A stretch of 64,000 nucleotides of DNA, taken from an uncultured archaeon. GTDB taxonomy: Archaea; Thermoproteota; Nitrososphaeria_A; Caldarchaeales; Wolframiiraptoraceae. The notes below the pieces were generated by a model, which did not search any database, had not been told where the DNA came from, and saw only the letters and a list, made by a program, of their open reading frames with translations. A program made the translations under genes and the position numbers. Below are positions 38,931 to 50,087 of the stretch, one piece after another (positions within the stretch are counted from its first letter, which is position 1; each line of letters begins with the position of its first letter). The stretch lies in NCBI GenBank assembly GCA_938083505.1, contig CALKCF010000006.1, positions 119,047 to 183,046 on the forward strand, written 5' to 3'.

Positions 38931-40217
38931 TTAGGAGGTTCCCAGGTCTTCAAAGAGTAACGGTTTTGATAGATGCCTCCGCGCAGAAGGAGGGACGGTA
39001 TAAACACCGGGTGTTAGGGTCCTTTGCTCCTCTACGAAGACTTTCGAGCTTTCTGACAGTCTATTCCCGCATTTCGGGCACCTATAGCCCTTGTTCCGAC
39101 CTAAAGACTTCATTTTCTTTCCGCAAATACTGCAGAATGGTGTTAGCGCATGGAAAGATTTTGCAAGCTCTATCACCCTTATCTTTTCTAAATTTATCGT
39201 TAAGGACAACCCGGGCTTGGACTTCACACCGCCGTAAACTATTACCCTATCACCGGGTCTGAGGGCGCGCACCACGTTTCTGAAAGACTTCGTGGGTTCA
39301 AAGGCGGCGCACTGTATCGTTCCCGTTTCGTCCTTCAGCGTGAAGAACACGTGACCGCCGGGCATAACCCTAGGTAAATCCGCAACGCTCCCTTCAACGG
39401 ATACCGACGTTTCGCCCTCTATCTCTGCAATCTTTACCTTCTGTATGTGCAGGTCCGTCGCCTGGTTCGTCTCGAAGAGCAGCACCCTCTCTACTGGTTC
39501 CAGTATCCTCAGAATTGAGAAGGCATAGAATGCCATGTCCGAGTCAAGAGATCTAATACCCAAAAGAACGGGGCACGGCGTGTGCGGCGTTATCCTAGAT
39601 TCATTCGTTTCATAGTCAAAGTTGTCGAAGGTCCAAGGGTTTGTCATCGAATCCATTTTAATAACGGAATTGTCGTCAACTCTCCTGAATGTACCCCAGT
39701 TCTGCTTAGCCCTGTATGCTATAAGCTCATAAGTTTTTTTGGGGATCCTGTCCATTCCCACGGCAGCCAACGCACCGACGACCCCCTTACTTCCTTTCAA
39801 CGCATAAAGCTCGGCTCCGACGTCTGAAGCAACGGCAAAAGCATCCCCTACACTCACCATTCGCCTAACGACGCTCATGGAGAAGCTTCTCAGCCTCTCC
39901 GGCATCTCCTCACCCACGTAGAACGCAACGCCTGGCTCTGTGCCGTCGCATTCCAGCTCGGCCAACTCACGCACTCTATTCAAGACCACTTCCTTGACTT
40001 TTTTCAACTTTCCCGAATCGGCCGAAAACCTCAGGGCAACGGCGGCGTTACCCCTCGTCTTGTAGGGGCAGTTCGGGTTGAGGCGGATGAGTTGAGGCCT
40101 CATTATGGGAGTTAAGCCCATCTTTAGCAAATCCTCGAATATTATGGCTGCTACGTAAGTCGTGCACATTGCCTTCCTAGAATCGGTATCGTCAATGCCG
40201 ATATGTAGCTTTACCAA
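38931..40217 (-). CDS. tiaS: tRNA(Ile2) agmatinylcytidine synthetase
   Basis: GIDDTDS...CTT, RLNPN.PYKTRGN, PH.PCPVL.GIR, TNQATD.H, OB fold, Zn ribbon, RRHL.KP. Confidence 0.96.
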   Translation of the reverse strand: MVKLHIGIDDTDSRKAMCTTYVAAIIFEDLLKMGLTPIMRPQLIRLNPNCPYKTRGNAAVALRFSADSGKLKKVKEVVLNRVRELAELECDGTEPGVAFYVGEEMPERLRSFSMSVVRRMVSVGDAFAVASDVGAELYALKGSKGVVGALAAVGMDRIPKKTYELIAYRAKQNWGTFRRVDDNSVIKMDSMTNPWTFDNFDYETNESRITPHTPCPVLLGIRSLDSDMAFYAFSILRILEPVERVLLFETNQATDLHIQKVKIAEIEGETSVSVEGSVADLPRVMPGGHVFFTLKDETGTIQCAAFEPTKSFRNVVRALRPGDRVIVYGGVKSKPGLSLTINLEKIRVIELAKSFHALTPFCSICGKKMKSLGRNKGYRCPKCGNRLSESSKVFVEEQRTLTPGVYTVPPSARRHLSKPLLFEDLGTS

Positions 40218-40261
40218 CCTGGCCTTGGATTTATCTTCCTCTACCGTGAATTTAAGTCTAA

Positions 40262-40978
40262 CTACGACAGATCTAAGAATGACATGACCTTACACTTCAA
40301 CCCCAACCTCTTCTTTAGCTCCTCCACGCAGTTCTTGACGGAGAATAACGTAAATATGCCCACGGTTTTTGCTTTTGACCTCTCAACGAGCCTTACCATT
40401 GCCTCGAGCGTTGCGCCAGTTCTCATTATGTCATCAACTATGAGGACGTTCTCGTCCTTCTTGAGGGAGCCCTTAGGTATGTAGAAGGTCTTGAAGAGAA
40501 CTGGTGAGAAAATTGCCTTCTCTTCGAGGAACTCCTCCACACCAACCTCCTTAGTTCCTTTTGCCACGACAACCGACTTGACACCAAGCTCATTCCCGAG
40601 CTGTATCGCTATCGGAATCCCATCAACTGCGGCTGTTAAAATCTTGTCCACCTTGACGAGCTCGAACTCGCTGGCCACACTTTTCGCGATGAGCTGTTGA
40701 AGCCCTGCGTCGTAGCAAACGGAGGTAAGGTCATAAGCGCCATCCCTCTCAAAGACCTTTGACCTAAGTATGTCGCGAATGTAGTTTTCCTTAACGGCCT
40801 CTATTATCATCTCAGCTTTTTCGGCGCTCGGTATTACGTGACCGTTTATGTACCTGCTCAAAACGCTCGGTGGCAAATTTATAATCCTGGATATCTCCCT
40901 GTACGTGTAGTTCCTTTTCAAAACTCTCAGTATCTCAACAGCAAAAAGTTTTTTCTTAACTGAGACCAGCTTATTCAC
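40262..40978 (-). CDS. HTH + phosphoribosyltransferase domain protein (PurR-like regulator)
   Basis: N-terminal HTH (LSRYINGHVIPS), TAAVDGIP, VLIVDDIMRTG. Confidence 0.88.
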   Translation of the reverse strand: MNKLVSVKKKLFAVEILRVLKRNYTYREISRIINLPPSVLSRYINGHVIPSAEKAEMIIEAVKENYIRDILRSKVFERDGAYDLTSVCYDAGLQQLIAKSVASEFELVKVDKILTAAVDGIPIAIQLGNELGVKSVVVAKGTKEVGVEEFLEEKAIFSPVLFKTFYIPKGSLKKDENVLIVDDIMRTGATLEAMVRLVERSKAKTVGIFTLFSVKNCVEELKKRLGLKCKVMSFLDLS

Positions 40979-41100
40979 AAATATGTTAAATCTTAAACGT
41001 ATTATTTATTTATATTTACTAAACAGCACGTAACAAAATGGTAATCGAATAACCCTCATACCCAAGCTTTATCTTAAGCCGCGTTCAGTCTTAATATTAA

Positions 41101-41982
41101 ATGACTCTGAAGCAGCTTTTCGAATGCGCGAAGTCGCTTAGGGATAAGTTGCAGAAAGATGAGAGTAGCGAGAAATATAGGGAGTGGTTGAATAGGGCAA
41201 AGGATATCTGGAGGCCTTATAAACCTAAAAAGCTTGAGTTGGAGGTTGCTGCTGTTGATAGCGGATGGAACTACAGAACGTACTGTGGCTTTTATCTATA
41301 TGCCATCAGGGCAATGGCCGTCAAGCAATCATCAGAAATAGTCACAGAATCAATAGTCGATGTTGGGATATTGCCTATGGAAAGTAAGGGGGCCGGTATA
41401 AGCCCTGAGTTGTACATGCAAGGAATTGCGGAGTGTTACGAGCACGATTTGGCATCAAGGGTGTCAAAGTTTTTAGATATTGTGTTGGTTGATGGGTCCA
41501 TTTTAGCTAGGCTGAATATGATGTATAACCTCAAGAAGGTCAGACTCTTTAGGGAGTATGTCGTTTACGTCAGGCCGTTAAGAAATGCTAAGAACATACT
41601 GTTCATCTCGAAGTATTCCCAAGACAGGAGCACTATACGAGGAGCGCTCGGAGACGTTTACTACATTAACAAGGCAACAAGAGACGTTGGGTATACGGAG
41701 CCTATAATGCATGAAAAGGGGGGAATGCTTGCATCGGTCTTCTATGTAAGGTTATCAGAAAATTCTGATGCACTGCATGTGGAGGTTCCTGCAGAAATTA
41801 ATTCCGAATATGTTGAATCTGTGATTGATGTATTACGTAGTATGGCGGTCAAGGGATACCCGTACGCCCTTATGGTCGCGCACGAAATGGCCTCAATATC
41901 TAACGAGCTTATAGACATGCTCAGCGAAGTAGCTGGGCTTTCTGTTCTCCCGACGGCCAGGGAGGTGCTCAAGGTTGAGTGA
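41101..41982 (+). CDS. nurA: NurA nuclease
   Basis: AAVDSG, VLVDGSI, ISK, GYPYAL..AH; operon with herA/mre11/rad50. Confidence 0.9.
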   Translation: MTLKQLFECAKSLRDKLQKDESSEKYREWLNRAKDIWRPYKPKKLELEVAAVDSGWNYRTYCGFYLYAIRAMAVKQSSEIVTESIVDVGILPMESKGAGISPELYMQGIAECYEHDLASRVSKFLDIVLVDGSILARLNMMYNLKKVRLFREYVVYVRPLRNAKNILFISKYSQDRSTIRGALGDVYYINKATRDVGYTEPIMHEKGGMLASVFYVRLSENSDALHVEVPAEINSEYVESVIDVLRSMAVKGYPYALMVAHEMASISNELIDMLSEVAGLSVLPTAREVLKVE

Positions 41983-43485
41983 GGTCGGAATCGTTGTCGG
42001 TGAGGCGCGACCAGAGCGAATACAATTTCTCGCCAAAGACGTAGTTAGGGTTGGGGAATTTGTCACGGTAGATACTATAGACGGACGGGTCTTATACTTA
42101 GTGGAGTCCTCTATATTGGAAAGCAAACTCCTATCAAAAGTAGAGGATTATATAACTGCGATGGAGGCAAAGGAGGGCGAGTAAGGTCAATCCTAGAGAT
42201 ACTTGTAGGCGTTGTGTTGCACGAGCCGTTGGATTGGTCAAAGAGATCTCAAAGGGCATGTGCGTTTATCCTACGCTACCACCCGATCCAGGCTCGTTCG
42301 TATTTCTTGCCGAGGATGTGTTGCTGAAAGAAATATTTCATAAAAGTTCAGAGGAGTTTGTCGAAGTTGGAAGGTTATTGAGGAGGAGCGGTGTCAAAGT
42401 TTCTGTTAACTTAAATAAGGTTGCCTCCAGACATCTTGCGATATTGGCAACCACGGGCAAAGGAAAAGTCAAATCTTTTGGCACTAATAGCAAAAAGAAT
42501 AGCGGATAAGAACGGGACTATGATAATATTGGACTATCACGCAGAGTACTATGGCCTGAAGATCGAGAGGAAAGTAAAGCACGTGGCTCCGAAGATTAAC
42601 CCAAGATATCTGGATTCCGAGGAGCTGGCAGGGATGCTCGATATAAGGGGTGACGCCACAAGACAAAGGGACATACTCAGAAGGGCGTACACTGAAAATG
42701 TGGCAAGGTCGTCGACCTTCTGGGATGATTTGAAGAAGAACCTTAGAGACATGGCAGAAAACGAAAAAGACTTCCATATAAGGACTACGGCCAGTAGGGT
42801 CTTAGAGATTGTCGAGAGAAACCTCGCGATAAAAGGCAACATATTCGACACAGAAATAGATAGTCCGCTCAACGTTATAGATCCTAACAAGATAAACGTG
42901 CTAGACATTTCGAGTCTAACAGAAGAGCAAGCCCAGATAGTTGTGGCGCATTACCTTACAGAAATCCTGAACGATAGGAAAAACGCCACATTTGGAAGAA
43001 GCTCAAGATTCAGATCACCCGTAGTTGTAGCGGTTGAAGAGGCCCATACCTTCATACCATCAGACAAAAACGGCAGAAGTTCTAGGTGCGCCAGCGTGCT
43101 GGCAAGAATAGCAAGAGAAGGAAGAAAGTTCGGGGTCTCACTGATTTTGGTTTCACAGAGACCATCTAAGCTGAATGCGAATGTGGTGAGCCAAATGGGT
43201 AGCTTCGCCATATCCGGATTAACTCATCCGAGAGACCAGAGTTTCGTTATGGAAGTTACGGATGAGGTACCGAACGAGCTGAGCGCATCCTTACCGAGCC
43301 TCAACACTGGCGAGATGATACTAGCTGGCCAATGGGTAACCGTGCCAGCACTTGTTAAAGTGGACTTAGTCGAAGAAAAGCACATAGGTATGGACTTAGA
43401 TACTGTAAAGTTATGGAAGGAAACGTCTAGAGAGGCTGACGTGAAACATAAAAGGATATCAACGGAGGAACTCATCAAACTATGA
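41975..43485 (+). pseudogene. herA: HerA helicase/translocase, split by two +1 frameshifts (pseudogene, recoding or assembly error)
   Basis: Removing one G at 42175-42177 and one A at 42464-42467 gives a single ORF with RHLAILATTGKGKSN, EEAH, IAREGRKFG, SQRPS. Confidence 0.85.
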
Positions 43486-44597
43486 TTATTGGGCACCTAT
43501 CCGACACACATCTCGGAGCTTATGCAGGAGAGGATGAGGAAAGGGAACAGGACTATTACGAGGCCTTCCGTGAAGCTATTGAGATTTTCGCAAAGGAACG
43601 CGTTGAGTTTGTCATACACTCAGGCGATATATTGCATTCTTTTAAACCGTACGGAACTGCCATGAGAGCCCTTGCGGAGGGTGTTAAAATGTTGAACGAA
43701 AAAGGCATAAGGTTCATCTATACCTTGGGTGATCATGACATACCTAAGGTTCCCAGCACACCTCATCCCTGCATCCTCGATATCTTGGGGCTTGCTAACT
43801 ATGTTGGAAGAGGGAGGCCGATAGTCGTAAGAGATATCATCGTGGTAGGTCTCTATAAGCATAAGAGAATTGAGAAGGAAAATTTGTGCAAGAAGCTCAA
43901 AGACATCGCTGAGGGAATAAAGCAGATTGACGGAAAGAGGAAGGTTCTTGTACTGCACCAAGGGATTACCGAGTTACACAGATCCGCGGGCGAGATATCT
44001 AAATACGATATTCCAACAGATTTTGATTATTACGCAATGGGACACTTTCACATGCCCTGCGAGTTTAGGCACGGCAACGGTTTAGGTTCATATCCAGGAA
44101 CGACGCACTGGGTAGACTGGAACGACCCAGAGTTCTCTTCCGTTAACTTAGTCGACCTTTCTGCCGATGAGCCGAAAATAAACAGAGTTAGGCTGGAGTC
44201 CGTGAGGCCAAGGATCGAGAGGCGCGTAAGACTAGAAGAGCTGGGAGCTCTTGTGCAGATGTTAGCGTCGCCTACGCATAAGCGCCATAAGAGGCCGTGT
44301 CTATTAATAACGGTGGAGGCTAGTAGACCTTTTGACCCTAAACCGTTTGAGGATTTACTGAGCCCGTCCTATATAGTCGCAATCGAACAAGTTCTGAGGG
44401 AAGTAGGTAGCGAAGTTATGAGAGAAGCTCCTGACATAGATGCTGAGCTTATGAGGTTGGCGGAGGTTGTGTTAGGAAGTAAGGAAAGGGCTGAGTTTGC
44501 ACTATCCGAGCTACTCGAGGCCCTTAACAGCGAAGATTGGAGGGGGAGTGTACTTGAGGTCGTCTGGAAGGTATTTAAGGATGGTAGGTTCAAATGA
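43482..44597 (+). CDS. mre11: Mre11 nuclease
   Basis: HLSDTHLG, HSGD, GDHD, VLHQG, YYAMGHFH, YPG. Confidence 0.93.
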   Translation: MIIGHLSDTHLGAYAGEDEEREQDYYEAFREAIEIFAKERVEFVIHSGDILHSFKPYGTAMRALAEGVKMLNEKGIRFIYTLGDHDIPKVPSTPHPCILDILGLANYVGRGRPIVVRDIIVVGLYKHKRIEKENLCKKLKDIAEGIKQIDGKRKVLVLHQGITELHRSAGEISKYDIPTDFDYYAMGHFHMPCEFRHGNGLGSYPGTTHWVDWNDPEFSSVNLVDLSADEPKINRVRLESVRPRIERRVRLEELGALVQMLASPTHKRHKRPCLLITVEASRPFDPKPFEDLLSPSYIVAIEQVLREVGSEVMREAPDIDAELMRLAEVVLGSKERAEFALSELLEALNSEDWRGSVLEVVWKVFKDGRFK

Positions 44598-46867
44598 TCA
44601 CCAAAGTTCTTCTCAAGAACTTTACGTCGCATAAGGATACGTTATTAGAGTTAGGACCCGGTCTTAACGTATTCGTAGGCAGAAACGGTTCTGGGAAGAC
44701 TTCCGTCTTAGATGGGATAACATACACACTCTTCGGCAAACATAGAAGGGGAAGCAATGTCAACATAGTCATGGACGGGGCACTAGCAGGTCACGTAGAA
44801 GTTGAGTTCACACTAGACGGTAAGAAGTACACGGTCGGCAGGACTTTCGACGTTCAGGGCAGGTTAGAGGATGCCTACTTAAGAGTTGATGGAAAACCTT
44901 TGGTTAGCGGTGAGAGAAAGAAGGATGACGCTGTAAGCAAGAGGATTGAGAAGATCCTACGTATGGGATATGAGAGGCTAAGAAGTGCCGTAATCATCCA
45001 GCAAGGAGAGATCGATAGGATACTTTCTTGGGAACCTAAGGAGATAAAGGAACTATTCGATGACCTATTAGGCCTCGACATTATGGAGAGTGCCTATGAA
45101 AGGATGAAGAGTGTGAGTAAAGATTTTGACGAGAGGATAAGGAAAGAGACGGGATATTCTGTCAACGACGTTGGTAACCTTAGCAAAAGAATCTCCGAAG
45201 ATGAGGCCGCTATAAGCAAGCTTAACGAAGAGCTGAGAGAGAATGAACGACAGCTTAATGAACTAAAGGAAGAGTACGAAGCGATAAAGGCTGAGTTAGA
45301 AAAGATGGAACGGTTCAGAAACACATACTATAATGTTTTATCTCAAATCAGCTTTATTAAGGGCATTGTTAAGAATTGGATAGCGAGGGAGAAAGAAGAG
45401 CTTGATAGATGTAAGTCAGCTTTAGAGCGGATAAAGATAAAGGATGATGTTGATGAGATAGTTGACCTGAAAGAGAAACTGAAAGAGGAAATCGTGAAGC
45501 TGGAGAAGGATATCGAACACTTGAGGAGAGAAATAGACAGTGTTAAGAAAGAAGGGGAGGAAGTGGATGAAAAACTGAAAGCGTTAGGCGAAGAAAGCTT
45601 TGAGGGAAGAGAGTTTTCTGAAATCAAGAAGGAGGTCGATCGAAGGACCATTGAACTTATTGATATGGCCGTGGAGCTTGGCAAATCGTTAACGAGTAGA
45701 GACGGAAGGGAAACTTCTCTGAGGGGAGCTATAGAGGGAAAGAAGAAGGAAATACTGGAGCTTTTTGATGAGTCCTACAGATCCGGGATCAGGAAGTACC
45801 TCGAAGACCTAAAGAACAGGAAGATTGGCATGAACGAAAGGTTGGAGAGGGCATTATCAAAGCTTGAATCATTAATGAGAGATTTGAATAATAAGAGGGG
45901 TGAATTGCAGCGAATCTTCAAATTGTATGGTAAGGATTTTGAGGATTTGCAAGAAGAAATTAGAGAGGCTCAAGGCATCCTGAAAGCTGCCAGCATCGAT
46001 AATATAAAGAAGTTTGACTCTAGGAAGGAAAGGCTAGAAAAGATTGAGAAAGCGCTTGTGTCAATATCAGAAGATGATCTTCCAGAACCTGAGTTGCTCT
46101 ACAACATAGCTGTGACAGATGACGTTATCCAAAAGATAAAGAGCGTTGAAGTTATGATGCCAGATGCCAAGAGCTTCAATAAGGAGCGGTACGAAAACAT
46201 AGCGAGGCGTCACGAGGAACTTCAGAGGAAGATCGGCGAGCTAGAGGGCAGTATCGAGAGGATAAGAAAAGACATCAAGGAGAGAGAGGATGAGCTTTTT
46301 AAGCTAAAAAGCATAATCAGCGTACTAGAGGATGCCAAGAAGTTCCGGGACTTCCTCGATGATATTAGGAATAAGGTATACTATAGAGATGGCCCTGTGC
46401 TCAAATCCCTAAGATCGTGGACTATCAGAGAAGTATCGAGGTTTGCCACAGAACATCTGGAATCGTTCAACATCAATGTAGACGGAATAAAGCTCGAGGA
46501 GGTTAGCGACGAGGTCGAGATCAAGTGCTACCAAAGAGGGAGGGAGGTTGATAGTGATAGGCTTAGCGGTGGTGAGAAGGTTGCTGTAGCCCTCGCCCTT
46601 AGGCTTGCTATCGGCGACATACTTGGCGCGAGAAGGTTAGGCTTTTTTATACTCGATGAGCCGACCGTGCACCTTGACTTCGAGAATAAAAGGAGGATTG
46701 CAAAAGTCTTTTCGGCGCTGAGCAAAGAGGTTAGGCAAGTAATAGTAATCACGCACGACGAAGAAGTTTTTGAGGAGGCAGAGGCTACGCTTTACAAGTT
46801 TGAAAGGAGGCCTGGAATGGGAGGGTACACCAAGGTTAATCTGGTAGGAAGGCCAGCGTGGGCATGA
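44594..46867 (+). CDS. rad50: Rad50 ATPase lacking CxxC zinc hook
   Basis: LKNFTSH, GRNGSGKTS, QQGEI, LSGGE, LDEPT.HLD, ITHD. Confidence 0.93.
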   Translation: MITKVLLKNFTSHKDTLLELGPGLNVFVGRNGSGKTSVLDGITYTLFGKHRRGSNVNIVMDGALAGHVEVEFTLDGKKYTVGRTFDVQGRLEDAYLRVDGKPLVSGERKKDDAVSKRIEKILRMGYERLRSAVIIQQGEIDRILSWEPKEIKELFDDLLGLDIMESAYERMKSVSKDFDERIRKETGYSVNDVGNLSKRISEDEAAISKLNEELRENERQLNELKEEYEAIKAELEKMERFRNTYYNVLSQISFIKGIVKNWIAREKEELDRCKSALERIKIKDDVDEIVDLKEKLKEEIVKLEKDIEHLRREIDSVKKEGEEVDEKLKALGEESFEGREFSEIKKEVDRRTIELIDMAVELGKSLTSRDGRETSLRGAIEGKKKEILELFDESYRSGIRKYLEDLKNRKIGMNERLERALSKLESLMRDLNNKRGELQRIFKLYGKDFEDLQEEIREAQGILKAASIDNIKKFDSRKERLEKIEKALVSISEDDLPEPELLYNIAVTDDVIQKIKSVEVMMPDAKSFNKERYENIARRHEELQRKIGELEGSIERIRKDIKEREDELFKLKSIISVLEDAKKFRDFLDDIRNKVYYRDGPVLKSLRSWTIREVSRFATEHLESFNINVDGIKLEEVSDEVEIKCYQRGREVDSDRLSGGEKVAVALALRLAIGDILGARRLGFFILDEPTVHLDFENKRRIAKVFSALSKEVRQVIVITHDEEVFEEAEATLYKFERRPGMGGYTKVNLVGRPAWA

Positions 46868-46872
46868 TGAGG

Positions 46873-47602
46873 TCAGGAGCTGCTATCCAACCCGAAATAG
46901 AGTGTTAAGAGCTGTGGGTGTGCTAGTAGCTCGTCATATCCTCCCTCGAACGAAATTCTTTCACCAACTAGCAGATAAGCCCTATCACCTATCTCTAGGG
47001 CTTTCCTGGCATTCTGTTTCACAAGTATTATGGTAATCTTCATAGTATCTCTAAGCTCAATTATTTTTTCGAATACGCTGTTAGCTATTTTTGGTGCGGA
47101 GTTCGCTCGTTGGTTCGTCGAACATCATAACCTTAGTCCTTCTTAAGAGTGCCATAACCATCGCGATCATCTGCCTCTCACCACTGCTAAGTAAGCCGGC
47201 TTTAGTCTGCCAGTACTTCTTCACGACTGGGAAAATTTCGCAAACTTCTTTTAACTTTTCAGCTCTCTCAGATTTATCGAGTATGTAGCCTGCCATTATC
47301 ATGTTCTCCTCAACGCTAAGGTTCTCGAAGATTTTACCAAGCTGAGGCAGGTAAGCTATGCCAAGCTTGGCTATTTCATGTGGTGGTTTACCGACGAGCT
47401 CTATACCCTCGAACTTTACTGACCCAGAATAAATCGTGGTCAGCCCGAATATTGATTTCAGCAAAGTGCTCTTACCGCTCCCATTGGGTCCAACTATCGT
47501 GTTTATCTTTCCGGGTTGAAAGTTAGCTGATACGTCGAAAAGTACATGAAGCTTGCGATAGCCGGAGTTTAAGGCCTCGATAACTTTTCTATCAGAGATC
47601 AC
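46873..47602 (-). pseudogene. livF: Branched-chain amino acid ABC ATPase LivF, frameshifted
   Basis: GPNGSGKST, DEPT then +1 shift near 47097-47105 into APKIANSVF...VKQNARKAL; signature LSSGE and VKQ degraded. Confidence 0.85.
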
Positions 47603-47887
47603 TTATTCTGGCTTTCCGGATGTTATTATAGAGCCTGCCGCTATTACGTAAACATAGTCGACATAGCGGAGAGCGATGTCAAGCCTATGCTTTACCATGA
47701 GGATCGTTAAGTTCTTTTCATCTTTAAGCCTCCTGAGAGTCTTGAATATTTCATGCGCGAGTGTAGGGTTTACACCGGCTATCGGCTCATCCATTATCAG
47801 CAGATTCGCACCAACGATAAGTGCCCTCCCGATCTCCAGGAGCTTCAACTGTCCTCCGCCCGGCTTTTCAGCTTCCTGATTCCACAT
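47603..47887 (-). pseudogene. livG: LivG ATPase C-terminal fragment
   Basis: GGQLKLLEIGRAL, MDEPIAGVNP, VKHRLD; Walker A half missing. Confidence 0.8.
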
Positions 47888-47894
47888 ATGGTCT

Positions 47895-48841
47895 ATGAGT
47901 TTAAATCTTAAGTTTGGTTATGCGGGAATACCGAACTTTGGTAAGCTTTTAGCCGTTGCAGGGGGCGCTTTCTTCATCGGAACGATTCCAGGTAGGTTTC
48001 TCGCGTACTTATTCAACGTACCTATAGAGTTAGACTTTATCAAAAACAACTTGGAGGTTGTCTCCTTACTTAACCAAGTTTTAGTTTCCGAGTCCATAAT
48101 CTTGATCTGCTATCTTTTGGTATCGTTGATAGGTGCTGCACTTGCCGGAGCAGCTTTAGGATACGTTGCCTCCTATCCTGGAGTAAGGCTTATGGGTGAT
48201 TACTTAACCATGACTCTTCTGACCATGGCCGAGATATTGAGGATTGTAGGAGATAACTGGGAACCACTCATCGGAGGTAGCTTAGGCGTACGCATACCTG
48301 ACACGTTTAGGTGGATTAGTGGAGAGTACAGACAGATTTATGTGAACTTAACGATAATCGTTGCGACCGTGGTTATATTTATCTATTTAGAGCTCATTAG
48401 CAGGTCGCCTCTTGGTGGAACACTCAGAGCTGTAAGGTATGAAGAACTTTCAGCCAGAGTTTATGGTAAAGACGTAGATAAGTTAAGAATCAAAACGCTG
48501 ATCGTTGTATGCGCGATAGCTGCAATCGACGGGGCGTTGTATTCATTCCTCACGGCGAGCATATCGGCCCGTGATTTTTAATAGGATCACGCATACTTTC
48601 TGGCCATGGGTGATGGTAATCGTTGGAGGAGCTGGTAACAATATCGGAGCCCTTTGTAGGAGCAGGCATATTTGTGACACTTCGGAGGCTTATAATGTTC
48701 TACAAGAGTTATTTCGAGGTAATCGTTCCGTTCGATGTGGTCTGGCTCGAGTATATGCTGCTTGGATTTGCGCTCATTCTTGTACTGCTTTACAGACCTG
48801 AGAGGCTAGTGCCTGAGAAACCAACAAAAACAAAACCTTAA
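47895..48841 (+). pseudogene. livM: LivM permease, 5'-truncated and frameshifted
   Basis: SLNL.FGYAGIPNFG, RL.GDYL, SPLG..LRAVR, GG.GNN.GA; extra T at 48575-48579 and extra C at 48650-48652. Confidence 0.85.
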
Positions 48842-48926
48842 AGTATGAACACATCATCAGTAAAGCGATACTGCAAAATAAACATAAAGAAGGGGCACGA
48901 AGCTTATTATAACTTCACAGGCTCTA

Positions 48927-50015
48927 TTAACCACTTACTATCTTTCCGATTTCGCTCGTTATTCTATAACCTTTCATCCGCTTTATAGTTTGAACGAATT
49001 CCCTAGATCTCAGAAGAGAGAGCAACTCTCTCATAATACTCTTTCTCATGGCTTCTTTCAGGACCACTAGATCATACCATTCCCAGACGAGTCTCATGAA
49101 TTGTAAGCCGTAAAGCTCTGCGGCATACCTAATGGTTATACCTACATCAGCAGCCCCAGTCGCTATCTCCCTAGCTACTTCAACGTGTGTCTTGACTTCC
49201 CTATCATAGTTTCTGATGAGTCGTGGCACGTAGGCCGGGTTTATGCCTTTGTCGAGCGCTGCCTGCTTGAGTAAGTGATCCAATAAAGCCCTCGTGCCTG
49301 AGCCTGGATTTCTGTTCACGAGTCTGAGCTTATGATTCAACAAGTCCGAGATTCCGTTAATTTTCGTGTCGGGCCTAAATGCTAAGCCGAGTTCGCGCTG
49401 ATAGCCCCTGACAATTACAGCCTTGTCCTCAAGCCAATACCGGCTTAAGAATGGTACATTGTATTTACCCGTTGCAGGGTCTAGGAGATGAACTCCTGCT
49501 ATGTGAGCATCCCCCCTCATTAGCGTAGCTAAACCACCCGCTGAGCCGAGCCAAGAGACTTCAACATCCAAGTCATGCTTTCTTGCTTTGAGAATTCCGA
49601 TGAGGACCTCCAGCGCCGGGTCGTTGCTTCCAGCTACGGCGAGGTCAGGTACGCTAAACATGACCTTACTTTCAGGCACATTTCTGAGCGGGTCACTAAG
49701 CTTAGCCTCGGCATTAAGGTAAAGCTTAAGGAGCTCTTTGCCAAGCTTCGTGAGCCTTGCGCCTCCGCCCCCTAGGCCGCCACGCCTAGCTTCGATCAGT
49801 TTCTCGTTAAACAGCTCCTCGATCCTTGTCAGCCTTTCCCAAGTCCTCGCGTATGGTACGCCGACTGTCCTACATGCTGTCAGCAGAGAACCTCTTTGCT
49901 CGATTTCACGAAGCACTTTAGCCAACTTTGAGTCGAGGATTACCTCACCTTTCCATTCTAAGAATATCTCGGCCCTGACCGTCAGACCCTCTGGGTGCAT
50001 TCCTCTCAATGTCAT
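48927..50015 (-). CDS. ModE-type wHTH regulator fused to PBP-like oxyanion-binding domain
   Basis: GSL..A...G.PY..W, RGG.GGGGA.LT; GSNDP, GS.GGL, AGVHL, NRNPGSGTR. Confidence 0.88.
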   Translation of the reverse strand: MTLRGMHPEGLTVRAEIFLEWKGEVILDSKLAKVLREIEQRGSLLTACRTVGVPYARTWERLTRIEELFNEKLIEARRGGLGGGGARLTKLGKELLKLYLNAEAKLSDPLRNVPESKVMFSVPDLAVAGSNDPALEVLIGILKARKHDLDVEVSWLGSAGGLATLMRGDAHIAGVHLLDPATGKYNVPFLSRYWLEDKAVIVRGYQRELGLAFRPDTKINGISDLLNHKLRLVNRNPGSGTRALLDHLLKQAALDKGINPAYVPRLIRNYDREVKTHVEVAREIATGAADVGITIRYAAELYGLQFMRLVWEWYDLVVLKEAMRKSIMRELLSLLRSREFVQTIKRMKGYRITSEIGKIVSG

Positions 50016-50020
50016 GTACA

Positions 50021-50079
50021 ATCGTTATCTTTTTTTATAAAAACATTTAAAAATATCGTTATACCAAAAAGGAATAACG
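50021..50079. promoter_or_regulatory. ModE-like operator(s) in divergent regulator/tupA promoter
   Basis: Palindrome CGTTAT-N11-ATAACG at 50057-50079; second ATCGTTAT half-site at 50021-50028. Confidence 0.7.
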
Positions 50080-50087
50080 TGATGTGT

